DNA of 64,000 nucleotides from NCBI GenBank assembly GCA_028534125.1, contig CM052820.1:6634001-6698000 (forward strand). Reading direction: 5' to 3'. A program made the translations under genes and the position numbers. Numbering within the stretch: the first letter of the stretch is position 1; each line of letters starts with the position of its first letter. Shown here one piece after another: positions 62,441 through 64,000 of the stretch. The notes beneath the pieces are model-generated. The model had not been told where the DNA came from, did no database searches, and saw only the letters and a list, made by a program, of their open reading frames with translations. The stretch comes from Lama glama. Taxonomy: Eukaryota.

Positions 62441-63781
62441 CCTCCAACAGACTAAGGACGAAGATTAGTCAACTTCTGTTCCTGGAAATGCATCTCACAG
62501 TGTCTCTGAGCTGTGACCATGCATTGTCACCCCTTGGAAGGCACCAAGCCGTAACTTGGGAGCTCTTGAATTTTTACCAAGAGTTCCAGAGTGAACTGGA
62601 CACCAACACCCTAGGGAAAGGCACTCAATGGCCTGGCTTGTCCCCGCGGAGCAACTGCTTGTGGGCCAGAGCAGGCTAGCCCGAGGCAGGTGCCACTTCC
62701 AAGCCATTCGGGGCCAAGAAGAACAACAGCACCCAGGCAGGGCAGCTCTGGGAGAAAACTCACAGCCCAGGGAAGGAAAGGCAGTGTGGGCTTCAGAAAG
62801 GCAACCAGGCCAGACATGTCTACAAAACCCTAGTCCCGGAGGGGTTAAATATACACACGGGTTTTTCTTTTTCTTTTTCTTTTTTTAAATTTGAGTCTAA
62901 ACTCTTGAAATTTGACCCTCTTTGGAAATGGGGGGACTAAGGTCAGAACTGTAAAGTGAAAGGTAAAAGTTTTTACTCACATAAATTTAGTTTCAAATCT
63001 TAGCTTCAGCACTTAGCTATGGGTCCTTGGGCAAGTTACTGAACATCTCGGGCTCACTGCTTCCTTGTGTTTAAAGCCAATTTGTCATAATCTCTGTCTC
63101 AAGGCAGCTGGGAGAATTAACATTCTCTACTTGAGAATAAGCTGTTTATAAGTCTGCTATTTTTTTTTTTGTCAGTCCAAATGGATCAAGAAGGGTTTAA
63201 ACTTTCAGTTCCCCATGTGGTTCCTTCAAATAAGAGTGTGAGCTGGTCCTTCCAACTTTGAAAATCTGAAATCTTTTATCTTCTTTGCAGACACATGTTC
63301 TCCTGGGCATTGTTTTCCAAAAAAGTTTTGTCAACACTTGGGAGCCTATTGGGATAAGCACCCCCACCACCCCCAACACCAGGTTCCCTGTGTCCACATG
63401 AGATGCACCAGCTTCCTCCTCTGATGCTGATGCATTTGAAGGGGCCTTGAACCCCTGGGTGGCAGGGAATTGCGTGCTTTGTTTCAGCTGCTTGGCACCT
63501 GGGCTGTCTGCCAGGGGCTGTGGATGCCCCACTGCGTGGGGAATCTGCCTTCCTCCGCTCCAGAAGACCCGAGGGCTCACCAAACCGGAGACGGGGTAGG
63601 ATCCGTGACATCTCAAGTCTCACCCAGGGCTGGGGGTCCATCAAGTGCCTCAAAGAAGTAGGGACACGGTTCCTGCCTGGGGCTCATACCCAAGGGCCAC
63701 ATTGTCAGCCCTTTCAGCTGCAAGGGGTCTTCAGCTACCTGATGATCTTCAGGAAATCCTGCCTAAATTAGCCAGAGCCAG

Positions 63782-64000
63782 TTTTTGTTTGCTTGTTTCT
63801 CATTGAAGTATAGTTGATTTACAATGTTGTGTTGGTTTCAGGTATACAGCAAAATGATTTAGTTATATACATATATATGTTCTTTTTCAGATTCTTTTCC
63901 ATTACAGGTTATTACAAGATACTGGTTATAGTTCCCTGTGCTATATAGTAGGTCCTCGTTGTTCATCTATTTTATATATAGTAATGTGTATCTGTTAATC
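63782..64000 (-). mobile_element. Lineage-type L1 3' end (runs off the window)
   Basis: ATTGAAGTATAGTTGATTTACAATGTTGTGTTGGTTTCAGGTATACAGC...TATAGTTCCCTGTGCTATATAGTAGGTCC. Confidence 0.9.

Overview
Mammalian genomic DNA, very probably camelid (camel/alpaca/llama), judged from six tRNA-Ala-derived Vic-1-type SINEs and lineage-type L1 3' ends. The only credible protein-coding gene is the intronless testis gene TEX44 (C2orf57) on the minus strand (40686-39610). It has a poly(A) signal about 75 nt after the stop and a duplicated CRE-like element just upstream. By recalled human synteny (not shown by this window), the region lies between PTMA (beyond the left end) and NMUR1/NCL (beyond the right end). 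The rest is intergenic: two orphan CpG islands (~26.1-27.4 kb and ~31.6-32.3 kb), two strong divergently oriented CTCF motifs, and many transposon relics (MIR, L2, L1, MaLR/ERV LTRs, hAT DNA transposons), several with target-site duplications (TSDs). Repeat subfamily names are from memory of consensus sequences and need RepeatMasker confirmation. I found no convincing novel multi-gene system. Best leads: (1) a cryptic 11/22-residue amphipathic-helix repeat in the TEX44 C-terminus; (2) an orphan CpG-island promoter with an RFX X-box/CRE/X-box cassette between divergent CTCF sites; (3) a 19-bp tandem repeat that forms a GAS-GAS-STAT6 array; (4) two short duplications at LTR junctions.
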